A stretch of DNA of 64,000 bases from Candidatus Poribacteria bacterium (GTDB lineage Bacteria; Poribacteria; WGA-4E; WGA-3G): assembly GCA_965214095.1 (NCBI GenBank), contig OZ243938.1, positions 3,040,001 through 3,104,000 of the forward strand, written 5' to 3'. The position numbers and the translations under genes were made by a program. Below the pieces are notes generated by a model, which had not been told where the DNA came from, made no database searches, and saw nothing but the letters and a program-made list of their open reading frames with translations. How positions within the stretch are numbered: position 1 is the first letter of the stretch; each line of letters begins with the position of its first letter. Below, one piece after another: positions 18,979 to 29,827 of the stretch.

Positions 18979-20301
18979 TTATTCTTCTTCAGCCTTAACA
19001 TTCAGTGCTTCCACGATCATACTCTCTAACTTTTCGCCTCTGGCTTTGTGAGAGATGAGTTTGCCTTCCCTGTCAATAAGCCACATCGTAGGAATGGCAT
19101 AAATACCGTACTGACGTGAGACAGGACTTTTCCATCCTTCGCCGCTAAAGACTTGCCGCCAAGGAATTTCGTTCTCTTTTAGGTAATCGCGCAATCTATT
19201 TTCTTCTGTGTCAAGACTGATTCCAATGATATCAAATCCCTTGTCTTTATATGATTCATAGACCTTCTTGACATTTGGCATTTCTGCAATACACGGACCG
19301 CACCAGACAGCCCAGAAATCTACCAATACGACTTTCCCGCGATATGCTTCAATGGAAATAGGTTTACCTTCAAGGTCTGTTGCTTCAAAATCTGGGACCA
19401 TCTCTCCAAGGAACGCTAAACCCGGCACATACTTTTTCCGGTATTCAAATGCCAATTCCTCATTTCCGCGTAGTTTATGTATGTTCTCAAGCCGTTGTAA
19501 AACAATACGGTTCTTCGGCATCTTTTCTTCAAGTTCCTCATAGAGTTGAAGCTCCTCATCATGCCGATTCATATCTTTCAACATATCTCCAAGGTACCCA
19601 TAATGATACACGTTTTTTGAATCTATGACTGTTTTGTAACGCTCTATGAGTTTCTCAGCATCATCCATTTTATCAGTGCTGATATAGAGTTTAAGAAGTG
19701 TAGGGTAGCTGCTGAAGAAACGCGGATTGTTAGGCATTTTCTGGAAGCCATCTTCCAATGCACTGATTGCTTCTTCAACGTCTCCATAAATTTCTACCAA
19801 ATTATTCTGCCAATAATAATGTGCTTGATATACTTTATAACCAAAACTCAGGTTTATGATGTTTTCAATAGAATTTTTCTCGTTATGATGCATACAACGC
19901 ACAAGCGGAGTGATATCACCAAACATTTCATGTGTATCAAGTACCTGCGTTCTCTGCGCGGCGAGTAACTCGTGATTATAACTTACAGGTTGGTTTGGGT
20001 CTTGTGCGCGTGTGTAGAGAGCTTTACCAACATTCTTATCTGCTGGACAGATCAAAATGTTGGTATCATCTAAATGTTCCGTGAGAAGATCTGAGAGCCA
20101 TTCAGGATAATCTCCATTTTTCTCATGATATTCCTTTATGGCTTTGCCGATTGTTTGTAAGTTATGTTTGCAGGTTTCTGTATGTTTATCAACGTTTTCT
20201 TTCTGAACATCTTTTTTAGGTTCTTCTGCAATGACGATACCAGAGTTAATTAGTGCTATCATCAAACAGGTAAGTATGGTTAAAGTCAATTTTCTATGCA
20301 T
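18979..20301 (-). CDS. Exported TlpA-family thiol-disulfide oxidoreductase with TPR-like region
   Basis: Signal peptide; C-terminal redoxin domain GKVVLVDFWAVWCGPC...IPTMWLIDREG. Confidence 0.85.
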   Translation of the reverse strand: MHRKLTLTILTCLMIALINSGIVIAEEPKKDVQKENVDKHTETCKHNLQTIGKAIKEYHEKNGDYPEWLSDLLTEHLDDTNILICPADKNVGKALYTRAQDPNQPVSYNHELLAAQRTQVLDTHEMFGDITPLVRCMHHNEKNSIENIINLSFGYKVYQAHYYWQNNLVEIYGDVEEAISALEDGFQKMPNNPRFFSSYPTLLKLYISTDKMDDAEKLIERYKTVIDSKNVYHYGYLGDMLKDMNRHDEELQLYEELEEKMPKNRIVLQRLENIHKLRGNEELAFEYRKKYVPGLAFLGEMVPDFEATDLEGKPISIEAYRGKVVLVDFWAVWCGPCIAEMPNVKKVYESYKDKGFDIIGISLDTEENRLRDYLKENEIPWRQVFSGEGWKSPVSRQYGIYAIPTMWLIDREGKLISHKARGEKLESMIVEALNVKAEEE

Positions 20302-20473
20302 TTTTTTACTCCTAATTTCATTTTTTTATTTTGTTATTATAACCCAAGTTACTACCTACAAGATTATGGATATGAAGTCATTGCTTTTTATACAAAAATC
20401 GCATTTATACGACACTTCAGGCTTCCGCTCCAGCGGAGCGATATGTTTATAGCACGCTCAGTTTGCGTGTGCC

Positions 20474-20755
20474 CTATGTAGCTCTTAAAGTTACTTCCAA
20501 TTCATTTCCTTGGAAGTCAACATTTTTCTGTATATCATTTACGTCAACACGCGTCATTATTGTCATCCCCATATCTAGTACCCTAAGAATTTGCCGCAAC
20601 ATGTAACTAATATCTTCTTTTTTTACATCAACGAGGAATAAAACTTCACAATAAGACTCATCCGTATATTTGTAGAGCCGTTTGACAAGAGATTTAGTAA
20701 TCTTATCTAATCCTTCTTTCTTGATCGCATTAGGACCTACGATTATCCGAATCAT
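20474..20755 (-). CDS. Small hypothetical protein
   Basis: AAGGAG RBS 9 nt upstream of ATG 20755 (MIRIIVG...). Co-oriented with neighbours. Confidence 0.55.
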   Translation of the reverse strand: MIRIIVGPNAIKKEGLDKITKSLVKRLYKYTDESYCEVLFLVDVKKEDISYMLRQILRVLDMGMTIMTRVDVNDIQKNVDFQGNELEVTLRAT

Positions 20756-20852
20756 ATAATTACACTCCTTCAATATTCAAGCGATATTCAGCCAGCATCC
20801 CATAATCAATAGTACTGTCTGTTATATGTTAAATCATTCACCATAATGTTAT

Positions 20853-22217
20853 CTACGCAAACCCAATGTAACGTGCGATAAAGAATACTGCGAAATAGTG
20901 AACCAATGGGTTGACTTCCTTATGGCGTTTTGTAACGATTTTTAGTAAGGAAATAGAAATAAAACCGAATGCAATTCCATCGGTAATACTGAAAGATAAA
21001 GGCATCATAAACACGGTCAAGGCAGCAGGAATTGACTCAGTAAAATCGTCCCAATTGATATTGATTAGGTCTTTAAGCATAATACATCCGACAGCAATTA
21101 ATGCTGGTCCGATGATGGGATGGAGTGGAATTGTTTGTGTGGTAAGATTCCCATTGATTACTATAGAATGATTAAACTGAAATGCACCACCTACAAGTTC
21201 AATGAGCGGTGAGAAAAATAGAGCGAGTAACATCAAAAGACCAACGACAACTGAAGTAAGACCAGTTCTTCCTCCTTCAGCAATACCAGAAGCACTTTCA
21301 ATATAACAGGTCACTGTAGAAGTTCCGAGGCAAGCACCACCCACTGAACCAATTGCATCTGTCAAAAGAGCTTGACGTCCTTTAGATAGTTTTCCATCTT
21401 CAAGCAGATCAGCCTCATGGCCGGTTGCCGTGAGTGTGCCAATACTATCAAACATGTCTACAGAAAAGAAAACGAAAATGATAGGTATCAACTCTACTCT
21501 ACTGAAGATGTCGGGTAATTTTAATTGAAGAAACGTTTGACCTAAGGATGGAGGTGGAGAAACGACACCATTGAATTTTACAATTCCAAAAAGCAAAGAT
21601 AGCACAGTTGTCGCAAGAATGCCCATTAGAATGGCACCCTTTACTCTGTGTGCCATAAGGGTGAAAATAACAATAATACCGAAAATTGCTATCAGAACAG
21701 GCTTAGAATGGATATCACCGAGTGTGACAAATGTAGCACCGTGTGACGTGATGATTCCACTCATCTGCAAGCCAATGAACGCAATGAAGACACCGATGCC
21801 CACCGCAATTGCGTTGTGAAGTGAAGATGGTAAAGCATTCATCACTGCAGCACGTAGTCCAACGAATGATAGTATAACGAACAACATGCCTGATATGAAA
21901 ACGATACCTAATCCCTCTTGCCATGGTAGATTTAACCCAGCTGGACCGCAGACGGTAAAAACAAAATAGGCATTTATACCCATACCTGGTGCAAGAGCAA
22001 CAGGATAATTCGTCATGAACGCCATCAGTATCGTCGCGCCTGCGCTTGAAAGACAGGTCGCAACCATTACCGCACCGTCATCCATTCCTGCCATCTTCAA
22101 AAGTGCAGGTTGAACAAAGATGATGTAAGAGAGAGTCGTAAAAGTTGTAAAACCAGCAACTATCTCTCGTCTAACGGATGAACCGTTTTCCTTAATTTTA
22201 AATAATTTTTCTAACAT
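20853..22217 (-). CDS. NCS2/AzgA-family purine permease
   Basis: REIVAGFTTF, YPVALAPGMGINAYF, YIESASGIAEGGRTGLT and many TM helices. Confidence 0.92.
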   Translation of the reverse strand: MLEKLFKIKENGSSVRREIVAGFTTFTTLSYIIFVQPALLKMAGMDDGAVMVATCLSSAGATILMAFMTNYPVALAPGMGINAYFVFTVCGPAGLNLPWQEGLGIVFISGMLFVILSFVGLRAAVMNALPSSLHNAIAVGIGVFIAFIGLQMSGIITSHGATFVTLGDIHSKPVLIAIFGIIVIFTLMAHRVKGAILMGILATTVLSLLFGIVKFNGVVSPPPSLGQTFLQLKLPDIFSRVELIPIIFVFFSVDMFDSIGTLTATGHEADLLEDGKLSKGRQALLTDAIGSVGGACLGTSTVTCYIESASGIAEGGRTGLTSVVVGLLMLLALFFSPLIELVGGAFQFNHSIVINGNLTTQTIPLHPIIGPALIAVGCIMLKDLININWDDFTESIPAALTVFMMPLSFSITDGIAFGFISISLLKIVTKRHKEVNPLVHYFAVFFIARYIGFA

Positions 22218-22357
22218 CGTACCTATCCCCTATTAACGATGTGCCAATTCATAATCTCAATTATAAATTGCTCTTTCTGATTTTTTGCCGAAATTCACTA
22301 AGGATTCACAGTTTCGTAGATATAAACCTCCGATAAAGAAAATAGTGATCAATTATA

Positions 22358-22600
22358 TTATAGTAAAAACCATAATTATTTACACACGACGGTAGGTTCG
22401 GTTTCCTAACCGAACCGGTGTTTGTTCAGTGTCATAGATGCGGTTAGGAAACCGCATCTACCGAGGAGTGTGCACGTATTCTTACATTAATTATTTACAC
22501 ATGACGGTAGGTTCGGTTTCCTAACCGAACCGGTGTTTGTTCAGTATCATAGATGCGGTTAGGAAACCGCATCTACCGAGGAGTGTGCACGTAATTGGTA
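22358..22600. repeat. Family-A MITE-like element with a 115-bp tandem duplication; each unit holds two different GTAG REP hairpins
   Basis: ggtaggttcggtttcctaaccgaaccgg at 22391 and 22506; agatgcggttaggaaaccgcatctacc in both units. Left end is tatagt...aattatttacacac. Confidence 0.8.
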
Positions 22601-22696
22601 TTATTCATGAAATACCGTAGCGCACCTGTTAGTTTGCGTATTGATATGCACAAACTAACAGTTTACGCCACACAAGTATCAACTTAGATCAGTTCA

Positions 22697-24487
22697 TTAT
22701 TTCTGTCGTAGACGTGTTTCTAACGCCTCTAATTCTTCTCTTAACGCGTCAGGTAGTTTGTCCTCAAAACGTTCATAGTGTTCACGAATGGACTTAATTT
22801 CGTTTAGCCATTCGTCTTTATCCACGTTCAAGAGTTCATTCATCTGCTGCTCGGTTACATCAAGATCGGATGTATCAAGTGCATCAGGAGAAGGTAAATA
22901 ACCGATAGGTGTTTTGACAGCATCCGCTTTACCACTGATCCGTTCAACAATCCACTTCAGGACGCGACTATTTTCACCAAAACCAGGCCATAACCAACCA
23001 CCATCGGCATCTTTTCTAAACCAATTGACATAGAAAATTTTGGGGAGTTTGTCCGCATCGGATTTATTACCCATTTCTAACCAATGTGCAAAGTAGTCTC
23101 CCATGTTATATCCGCAGAAGGGAAGCATTGCCATCGGATCACGACGGAGTTCACCGACTGTACCTGCGGCGGCAGCAGTTCGTTCAGAAGAGGCAATTGA
23201 TCCGATGAATGTGCCATGTTGCCAATCAAATGCTTCAAAAACAAGCGGGACTGTGGCAGCACGTCGTCCACCAAATAGAATAGCTGAAATAGGCACACCA
23301 TTCGGATTTTCCCAATTCGGGTCTATGATAGGACATTGTGATGCAGGTGTTGTATAACGTGAATTCGGATGCGCTGCAGTCTTTTCATCACCGGGATGCC
23401 ATTCTTCTCCAAGCCAACTTGTAAGTGTTTCAGGCACTTCTTCGGTCATGTCCTCCCACCAGACATCTGTGTCTTCCGTAAGGGCAGCATTTGTAAAGAT
23501 AGAATTTGATGCAAGTGTGTGCATTGCATTTGGATTTGTATCCATAGACGTTCCAGGTCCAACACCGAAAAATCCAGCTTCAGGATTGATAGCATAGAGT
23601 CGTCCATCTTCACCAAACTTCATCCAGGCAATATCATCTCCAATAGTTTCAGCTTTCCAACCGGGTATAGTAGGTGTGAGCATTGCAAGGTTCGTTTTAC
23701 CACAAGCACTGGGAAATGCAGCAGCAATATAGGTTTTTTCACCTTCTGGGTTGGTCAATCCCAAAATAAGCATGTGTTCTGCCATCCAACCATCGTTTTT
23801 TGCCATAATTGAAGCGATGCGAAGGGCATAACATTTTTTACCGAGTAATGCATTACCGCCATATCCACTTCCATAAGACCAGATGGACCGTTCTTCAGGA
23901 AAATGAACTATATACTTATTGTCAGGATTACAGGGCCATGAAACATCTTCTTGTCCGGGTTCAAGTGGCATTCCTACAGAATGTAAGCACGGGACAAAAT
24001 CCCCATCTTCACCTAAAATGTCCAATACATCCTTACCCATGCGAGTCATAATCCGCATATTAACTACGACGTAAGGTGAATCGCTGATTTCCACACCGAT
24101 ATGAGATATAGGTGAACCGAGTGGCCCCATACTGAAAGGAACGACATACATCGTGCGTCCTTTCATGCATCCTTTAAATAATCCTTTTAAGGTTTCTTTC
24201 ATCTCATCTGGGTCGTGCCAGTTGTTTGTAGGTCCTGCTTCAGTCGGAGTTTTGGCGCATATATATGTTCTACCTTCTACACGGGCTACATCTGCCGGGT
24301 TAGAACGTGCAAGGTAACTTCCTGGACGTTTATCTGGGTTCAACCGTACAAATGTCCCATTCTGAACGAGTTCCTCACATAGACGGTCATTCTCTTCCTG
24401 AGAACCGTCGCACCAATAAATATCATCAGGTTGGCACAATTCTGCTGCTTCTTGTACCCAACTGAGCAGTTTACTATTGTTCGTCAT
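22697..24487 (-). CDS. pckG: Phosphoenolpyruvate carboxykinase (GTP)
   Basis: [31 protein letters not shown] and AHPNSR motifs. Confidence 0.97.
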   Translation of the reverse strand: MTNNSKLLSWVQEAAELCQPDDIYWCDGSQEENDRLCEELVQNGTFVRLNPDKRPGSYLARSNPADVARVEGRTYICAKTPTEAGPTNNWHDPDEMKETLKGLFKGCMKGRTMYVVPFSMGPLGSPISHIGVEISDSPYVVVNMRIMTRMGKDVLDILGEDGDFVPCLHSVGMPLEPGQEDVSWPCNPDNKYIVHFPEERSIWSYGSGYGGNALLGKKCYALRIASIMAKNDGWMAEHMLILGLTNPEGEKTYIAAAFPSACGKTNLAMLTPTIPGWKAETIGDDIAWMKFGEDGRLYAINPEAGFFGVGPGTSMDTNPNAMHTLASNSIFTNAALTEDTDVWWEDMTEEVPETLTSWLGEEWHPGDEKTAAHPNSRYTTPASQCPIIDPNWENPNGVPISAILFGGRRAATVPLVFEAFDWQHGTFIGSIASSERTAAAAGTVGELRRDPMAMLPFCGYNMGDYFAHWLEMGNKSDADKLPKIFYVNWFRKDADGGWLWPGFGENSRVLKWIVERISGKADAVKTPIGYLPSPDALDTSDLDVTEQQMNELLNVDKDEWLNEIKSIREHYERFEDKLPDALREELEALETRLRQK

Positions 24488-24659
24488 TCAATTCCTCCAT
24501 TGTTGTTAGTCAAACTATATTAGCAAATTTAAAGAAATGTTGCAATTTTTAAATTAAAGTTTGATGTTGCGTATATATAACCGTTTTCTACTTATTATGC
24601 TTATAATTCAAGACGTGTAATTGTTGGTAAAGTTGATATAATCATTCAAAGTTCAGGCA

Positions 24660-26531
24660 TCAAAACGATGCTCCTAACTTCACATGTATTTTGCCTCGTA
24701 ATGCTGAATCACCCGCTGCAAGACCGTAATCCAGTTGAATAATCCCACCTTTAGATTCCAGCCTTGCACCAAACCCGTATCCAATCCTTAATCTGTCAAA
24801 CTCAGAAGGTCGGTCGATGAATGTAACTGAACCTAAATCAAGAAATGTAAAGAATTGTGAATTGCGTCCCATTATGAATCTATATTCAAAGTTTGCATGT
24901 ACTCTGCGTGGACCTGAAAACCAATCTTCATCATATCCCCGTAAATTGCTTGCCCCTCCTAAATAAAAGAGTTCAGTGGGAGGAATGTTGACACCCCAAG
25001 CAGCTGCCCCGTGTAATTCAATAGCGATTATCTGATTTTCCCATGTTTGAAAGTACTGTTGAACGTCAAGCCAGATTTTGCGAAGTCTAAAATCACTTCT
25101 TGAAAGTTCAACTGCAAAACTATCACGTCTTCCACGCGTCGGATTCAGATAATAATCACGTGAATCTCTGGTCACCCTTAAGGTGATACTATACTTTGAT
25201 CCGCTTCCACTTTCTGTGGCAGGTATTCGGTCTACATCGGTAGGATGTGGTGGTACATTCAGCGGATCACCTATGTTTTGCGGAGGCAGTGTTGGTGTGA
25301 TATTTTCAAAATTTAGATACTTATATCCGAGTGTAACTTCACCTTCATAATATCTATCAAATTTGGAAAACCCGCTTAAGTTTGCTTCTTTTTCTTCAGA
25401 TTCGTCATCATTGAAGGGATTTCGTTGCTTAAGTTGACTGTATGCTACACCTAATGTAATAGGTCTTCCCAATATCCACGGTTCTTTATATCCAACTCGT
25501 AGTGCATTCAGTAGACCTGATTTCCAATGGAAATGGATATCTCGTCCAGTTCCTAATAGGTTTGTTTCACCGAATTCCAAAACACCTGTAAGTTGCGGAA
25601 CAGATTCTGAGCCTTCAACAGGAGGCGCATAACCGAGTACACCTATGAGTCGTCCCGTTCTTCCTTCCGTCACTTTGGCATGAAAGATGACCGTATTTTC
25701 AGTTGCTCCCTCCTCAATTAAAGTTGGATTGACATAGTGAAAATATCCTAAATTCCGCAGACGGTGATAGCTACCATCAATCTTTTTCTGGTCATAATCC
25801 TCATTGGCTTTTATCGGCATTTCTCGTATCACCACATGCTGCTTCGTTTTCTCAAGACCACTCACCTTCACATCACTAATTCTAACTTTTTCTCCTTCAC
25901 GTATATGCAAACTGAAATCTAAACTTCCATGCGTAGGTGAAAGATTTTGTATAGTCGGTTCAATCTCAACTTTGGGATGTCCATATTCACTGTATATCAT
26001 CTGAATCCGTTCAATACCTGTTTCAAGAGCCTCTTGTGTGAAGAACTGTCCTTTTCGTAAACCGAGTTCACGTAGTATTTTGGATTTTGAGAACAGTTGA
26101 TTACCTAAAATAGAGAAACTGCCAAAACGCAATCTTTTTCCTTCACGGATTTTCACCTCAATACCGATGCTAACATTGTTTGTTGAAGCAGGAGAGGATA
26201 ATGGAACAACTTGTGCGAACACGTAGCCATCTTTTCTGTATGCCATCGTGATACGTTCAAACCCATCACTGATTTCATTCCGAGAATATACTTTTTTCGG
26301 ATGCCAACCGAATAGATCGCGCAACTTCCTTTGATTGAAATGTTTATTTCCATCAAATTTGAGTTGGGATATGATGTAGATCGGAATTGAATCTTTGTTT
26401 TCTGTTTCGTTGGTAAGTGGTGTATCCTGTTGTGTTGCGTCAATGGCTGACACACTATTTGGTACTGATGCAAGAGCGAGAAATATGATGGAGAGGAATA
26501 AGTAGTATTTTCTGGATGGTTTTGTGTGCAT
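24660..26531 (-). CDS. Omp85 (BamA/TamA) family outer-membrane protein with about three POTRA domains
   Basis: Signal peptide, POTRA repeats, FYLGGASNLRGY loop and C-terminal Phe. Confidence 0.88.
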   Translation of the reverse strand: MHTKPSRKYYLFLSIIFLALASVPNSVSAIDATQQDTPLTNETENKDSIPIYIISQLKFDGNKHFNQRKLRDLFGWHPKKVYSRNEISDGFERITMAYRKDGYVFAQVVPLSSPASTNNVSIGIEVKIREGKRLRFGSFSILGNQLFSKSKILRELGLRKGQFFTQEALETGIERIQMIYSEYGHPKVEIEPTIQNLSPTHGSLDFSLHIREGEKVRISDVKVSGLEKTKQHVVIREMPIKANEDYDQKKIDGSYHRLRNLGYFHYVNPTLIEEGATENTVIFHAKVTEGRTGRLIGVLGYAPPVEGSESVPQLTGVLEFGETNLLGTGRDIHFHWKSGLLNALRVGYKEPWILGRPITLGVAYSQLKQRNPFNDDESEEKEANLSGFSKFDRYYEGEVTLGYKYLNFENITPTLPPQNIGDPLNVPPHPTDVDRIPATESGSGSKYSITLRVTRDSRDYYLNPTRGRRDSFAVELSRSDFRLRKIWLDVQQYFQTWENQIIAIELHGAAAWGVNIPPTELFYLGGASNLRGYDEDWFSGPRRVHANFEYRFIMGRNSQFFTFLDLGSVTFIDRPSEFDRLRIGYGFGARLESKGGIIQLDYGLAAGDSALRGKIHVKLGASF

Positions 26532-26846
26532 GTGTTGTCAACCGATGATGGGATTATAGGATATTTTAACATGCACGATGTGATAAATGCAAATGGCTGC
26601 TATATTTAATGTCAGGGTTATTTTGTTTTAGGATTTTTGTTTAATATTATTCATAAACGTTAAATTCATTATGGGTTTGTATTCCTTATTTGTCTGAACC
26701 AGGATTTTCAGGATTAGTAGATTTTCAGGATTATGAGTTTGGCTCTGCAAAGTTCCTATTCCCAATTTGACGTTTATTTTCTGGATAGCACTTTGATGTT
26801 TAGTCCCGTAGGGACGGCATCTGTATAGGGAATATTAACTACCGAT

Positions 26847-29801
26847 TTATTCTTCATACCAACTCGGAAAAGCAATCCCCTTTTTCTTAAGATCTATCAA
26901 CTCCTTATCAAGATTACACCTTTTCTGCTTTCCGCCGTGTATACTCGGTTCAGCACACAGCATCTCACGTAGAGTCTGCATAGACTCAAGCACGTTGTCG
27001 CTTGTAATACCCAACACCTCAGTTAGCAGACAGCGATCCAACTCCTTACGCACAGGGTCATACGCGCATTCATTGACAGGCAGCATCCGTTTATATTTCA
27101 GACGTTCAAAAATTGCCTCAGCATTTGCTAACGCTTCATCGGAGAGTTCACGGACATCCAGCGTAGGCAGAGTTCGTAATGTTGTTAATCTTAATTTTCC
27201 GCGTCCAGCAGTTTGTTTGCCACTGTGCAACCAGTGACAGAAAAGCCCTAAGGTTGAATTACACCAAAGTGTCCAAGGAATCTCGTGTCTTGGGTTTTCG
27301 AATGCTACGTTCGTTATCAATGTTGGACCGATAGCAGGCTGCTCAGTAAAAAGAACTATTATTGAACAGGCAGTGAATCTTGGAACCATGTTGTAGTGAG
27401 TTCTGCTATTTCGATCTACTCGATTTTGAACTTTAGTTTCAGCGTTTGGAATAGGTATAGCGCGCGAATCTGGGAGGACAAGCATTGATCGCTGGACTTC
27501 GCTCTTTGCATTCCACAAGCAAGCGTACCCATCTTCGTTGTGTTGAAAACCTTCCACTTTACGAAACACACCCCTAACCTCAGCTAATCCCAATGTCGCT
27601 ATGTCTCCGACTTGGCAAATTGGAATCTCAGTAATCGTTTCCTGAAACTCCTGCAGTGGTAATTCTAGTCTGCCTTTTTTCAGTCGTTGGGCAGATTGAA
27701 GTACTGCCATTGACTTCACGCGGACAGCAATCCACCCTTCACCGCGAGGTAAAGGACAGTCAAGCATATATCCGAAAGTTTCCTCTCCGACCTTTATTGC
27801 ATCGCCACCACTTGGCGTATCTTCTAATCGGTACGTTCCGTTACTTCGGATGATTCTGTTAGTAATCTCAAACGCCTCAAGTAAACTTTTTGGACGTTGG
27901 TTTAGGCAAACAAACTTTCCACGTCCTGTATTATTACCTTTCCCTTTTGTGGCAACGATAATGCACTCTGCCATATCTGTATCTGCAGAGAAAGCACAAT
28001 CAAACCCTTTAGCCTCAGCAATGGTTATCACAACCACATCATGATATGCAGTTGCCCACATGTCACGTAATTTCTGGGAAGTTGGTGAAGCTAGCACCGT
28101 TGCAGGCAGGATACAACCCATTACACCTGTAGACTTAAGCATACTGTGGGCAAGTTCTACAAAATAGGAACTGAGTCCTGCTTGTCCATTAGCAATATGT
28201 GCGATTTTTTTCTTGAGGGCGGTTTGCATTGCCTTTGTATACTCTTTAGGTCGATCGCTACCTTGGAATGGAGATTTTGCTCCGTCTATTCCCGCTGGAT
28301 CTGCCCCCGGTTTCGTAAAAGGTGGATTCTGAATAACGATGTCAAATTTTTTGTAAGGAAATTCCTTTTGGAGATCAACAATCCTATTTTCTTCACCACC
28401 AACCTGTTCACCCTCCGTACCAAATAACTTCATATCAAGCAATTCAAGTGAACCTACCGCGTATTTGCTATTGTCTAATTTACCGTAAGGAGCAGTAAGG
28501 ATACGCGTACCACCAAGTTTCATATCAGCATATCTACTTGCAAGTGCAGCAGCCGTAAGATGTGTCGCATTCGGCATAATATCTACACCGCCGATGTTTT
28601 TCTCTAACATCCGCTGATGGATATCCTTGCCATTTCCACCCGCTTGTTCATACAGTGATAAAATACGTTGATAGACACCGTTAAGCAACGCACCTGTACC
28701 GCAGGCGAAGTCTGCAACTTTCGGAAGTTTCCCTTTCGGCAACTCAGGCATTACAAGCGTAGACAGCAGCACAGCACTTTCCGGGAGCGTATAGTTCGCC
28801 TTTACATATTTCCTATCCGTGATTAACTTTTGGAACACAATACCCGAGAGCTCGTGTATCTGCGCGATACCCGTATCAACAAGGTCTTTAGCAGCTTCAC
28901 ACAGGAGTCTTAAGATATGTCTAACAAGCCTGTCATCCGTAGCGAGTGCTTCAACGAGGTTACGAGCATCTTCAAAAATAGGACGATAATTTACCTTAAG
29001 GATAGTGTGCCAGTCGTCAATGACATCAGTATAATCAATTGTCGGTAGGAGTTGGCGGAGTGAACGGACAGATTCCATCTCTGCTTTACCTGCAAGGGAA
29101 CTCTGAAACACAAAAGCATCAGTGATAATCAGTGCTGCCATGCGAAGCGTTTGGATGTTCGGTTTCTCTTCCGAGTTGTCTCCCTCTTTAGAGAAAACCT
29201 CTTGGTGCAAAATTGTCTCAATCTTCTTGCCGATGACAGGATGGTCAACGATAGCATCTTCAAGTAGATATGCTGCCTTGTTGATGCTTTTCTCCATCTC
29301 TTCTGCTGCCGCTTCAAGATGAGAATTCGGCATTGCACCTACGTGCAGAGCATTTGCGATGTCGCTTACTTTGCCTGTTGCCCATCCGTTTTCTGGGAAG
29401 TGTCCTACGGTATCACCGACTGTAGTGACAAGTTTGTATTGTAGGTCATCAGCAGTGCGAAGTTGTGGATTGATATCCTTTCCCGCCATCTTCTTAAAAC
29501 GGTCAGGATAAAGGATTGCCATAACGTTATTGAGCGTTTTCCCGACAACGTGATATTCAGTTTCAAGTTCAAGAACAAGTCTTGTTTCCGCTTGTGTTAT
29601 GAGATTGTTAGCGTTGGTAGTGGTAGCAAATTTCGCTTCAATGCCGACTGGTTCTCTACCGTGTTCAATTACAATGGCATCAAGTTCGCTGTTGCCTTTA
29701 AGGAAAGCGTTGACTTCTGTTTCGAGCTCCCATCCGTGACGCATGTGTCGTAGGATGTTCACCAGTTCATTTGTGATTGTGGTTTCGCGTTGGTTTGCCA
29801 T
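26847..29801 (-). CDS. Type IIG-like restriction-modification fusion (PD-(D/E)XK nuclease + N6-adenine MTase + putative TRD)
   Basis: N-terminal LDAIV...IEAK; MTase motif I VADFACGTG and motif IV IQNPPF. Confidence 0.8.
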   Translation of the reverse strand: MANQRETTITNELVNILRHMRHGWELETEVNAFLKGNSELDAIVIEHGREPVGIEAKFATTTNANNLITQAETRLVLELETEYHVVGKTLNNVMAILYPDRFKKMAGKDINPQLRTADDLQYKLVTTVGDTVGHFPENGWATGKVSDIANALHVGAMPNSHLEAAAEEMEKSINKAAYLLEDAIVDHPVIGKKIETILHQEVFSKEGDNSEEKPNIQTLRMAALIITDAFVFQSSLAGKAEMESVRSLRQLLPTIDYTDVIDDWHTILKVNYRPIFEDARNLVEALATDDRLVRHILRLLCEAAKDLVDTGIAQIHELSGIVFQKLITDRKYVKANYTLPESAVLLSTLVMPELPKGKLPKVADFACGTGALLNGVYQRILSLYEQAGGNGKDIHQRMLEKNIGGVDIMPNATHLTAAALASRYADMKLGGTRILTAPYGKLDNSKYAVGSLELLDMKLFGTEGEQVGGEENRIVDLQKEFPYKKFDIVIQNPPFTKPGADPAGIDGAKSPFQGSDRPKEYTKAMQTALKKKIAHIANGQAGLSSYFVELAHSMLKSTGVMGCILPATVLASPTSQKLRDMWATAYHDVVVITIAEAKGFDCAFSADTDMAECIIVATKGKGNNTGRGKFVCLNQRPKSLLEAFEITNRIIRSNGTYRLEDTPSGGDAIKVGEETFGYMLDCPLPRGEGWIAVRVKSMAVLQSAQRLKKGRLELPLQEFQETITEIPICQVGDIATLGLAEVRGVFRKVEGFQHNEDGYACLWNAKSEVQRSMLVLPDSRAIPIPNAETKVQNRVDRNSRTHYNMVPRFTACSIIVLFTEQPAIGPTLITNVAFENPRHEIPWTLWCNSTLGLFCHWLHSGKQTAGRGKLRLTTLRTLPTLDVRELSDEALANAEAIFERLKYKRMLPVNECAYDPVRKELDRCLLTEVLGITSDNVLESMQTLREMLCAEPSIHGGKQKRCNLDKELIDLKKKGIAFPSWYEE

Positions 29802-29827
29802 AATGTTTCTGTTTTAATTTATCGCAA

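Noticed and set aside
22374-22593. Repeat-spacer-like pattern suggesting a CRISPR array
   Set aside because: Only two 115-bp units with near-identical intervening sequence, built from REP hairpins found elsewhere; no cas genes.
26695-26735. Short caggatt / gattttcaggatt repeats
   Set aside because: Only about three degenerate copies in intergenic DNA, too little to assign a function.
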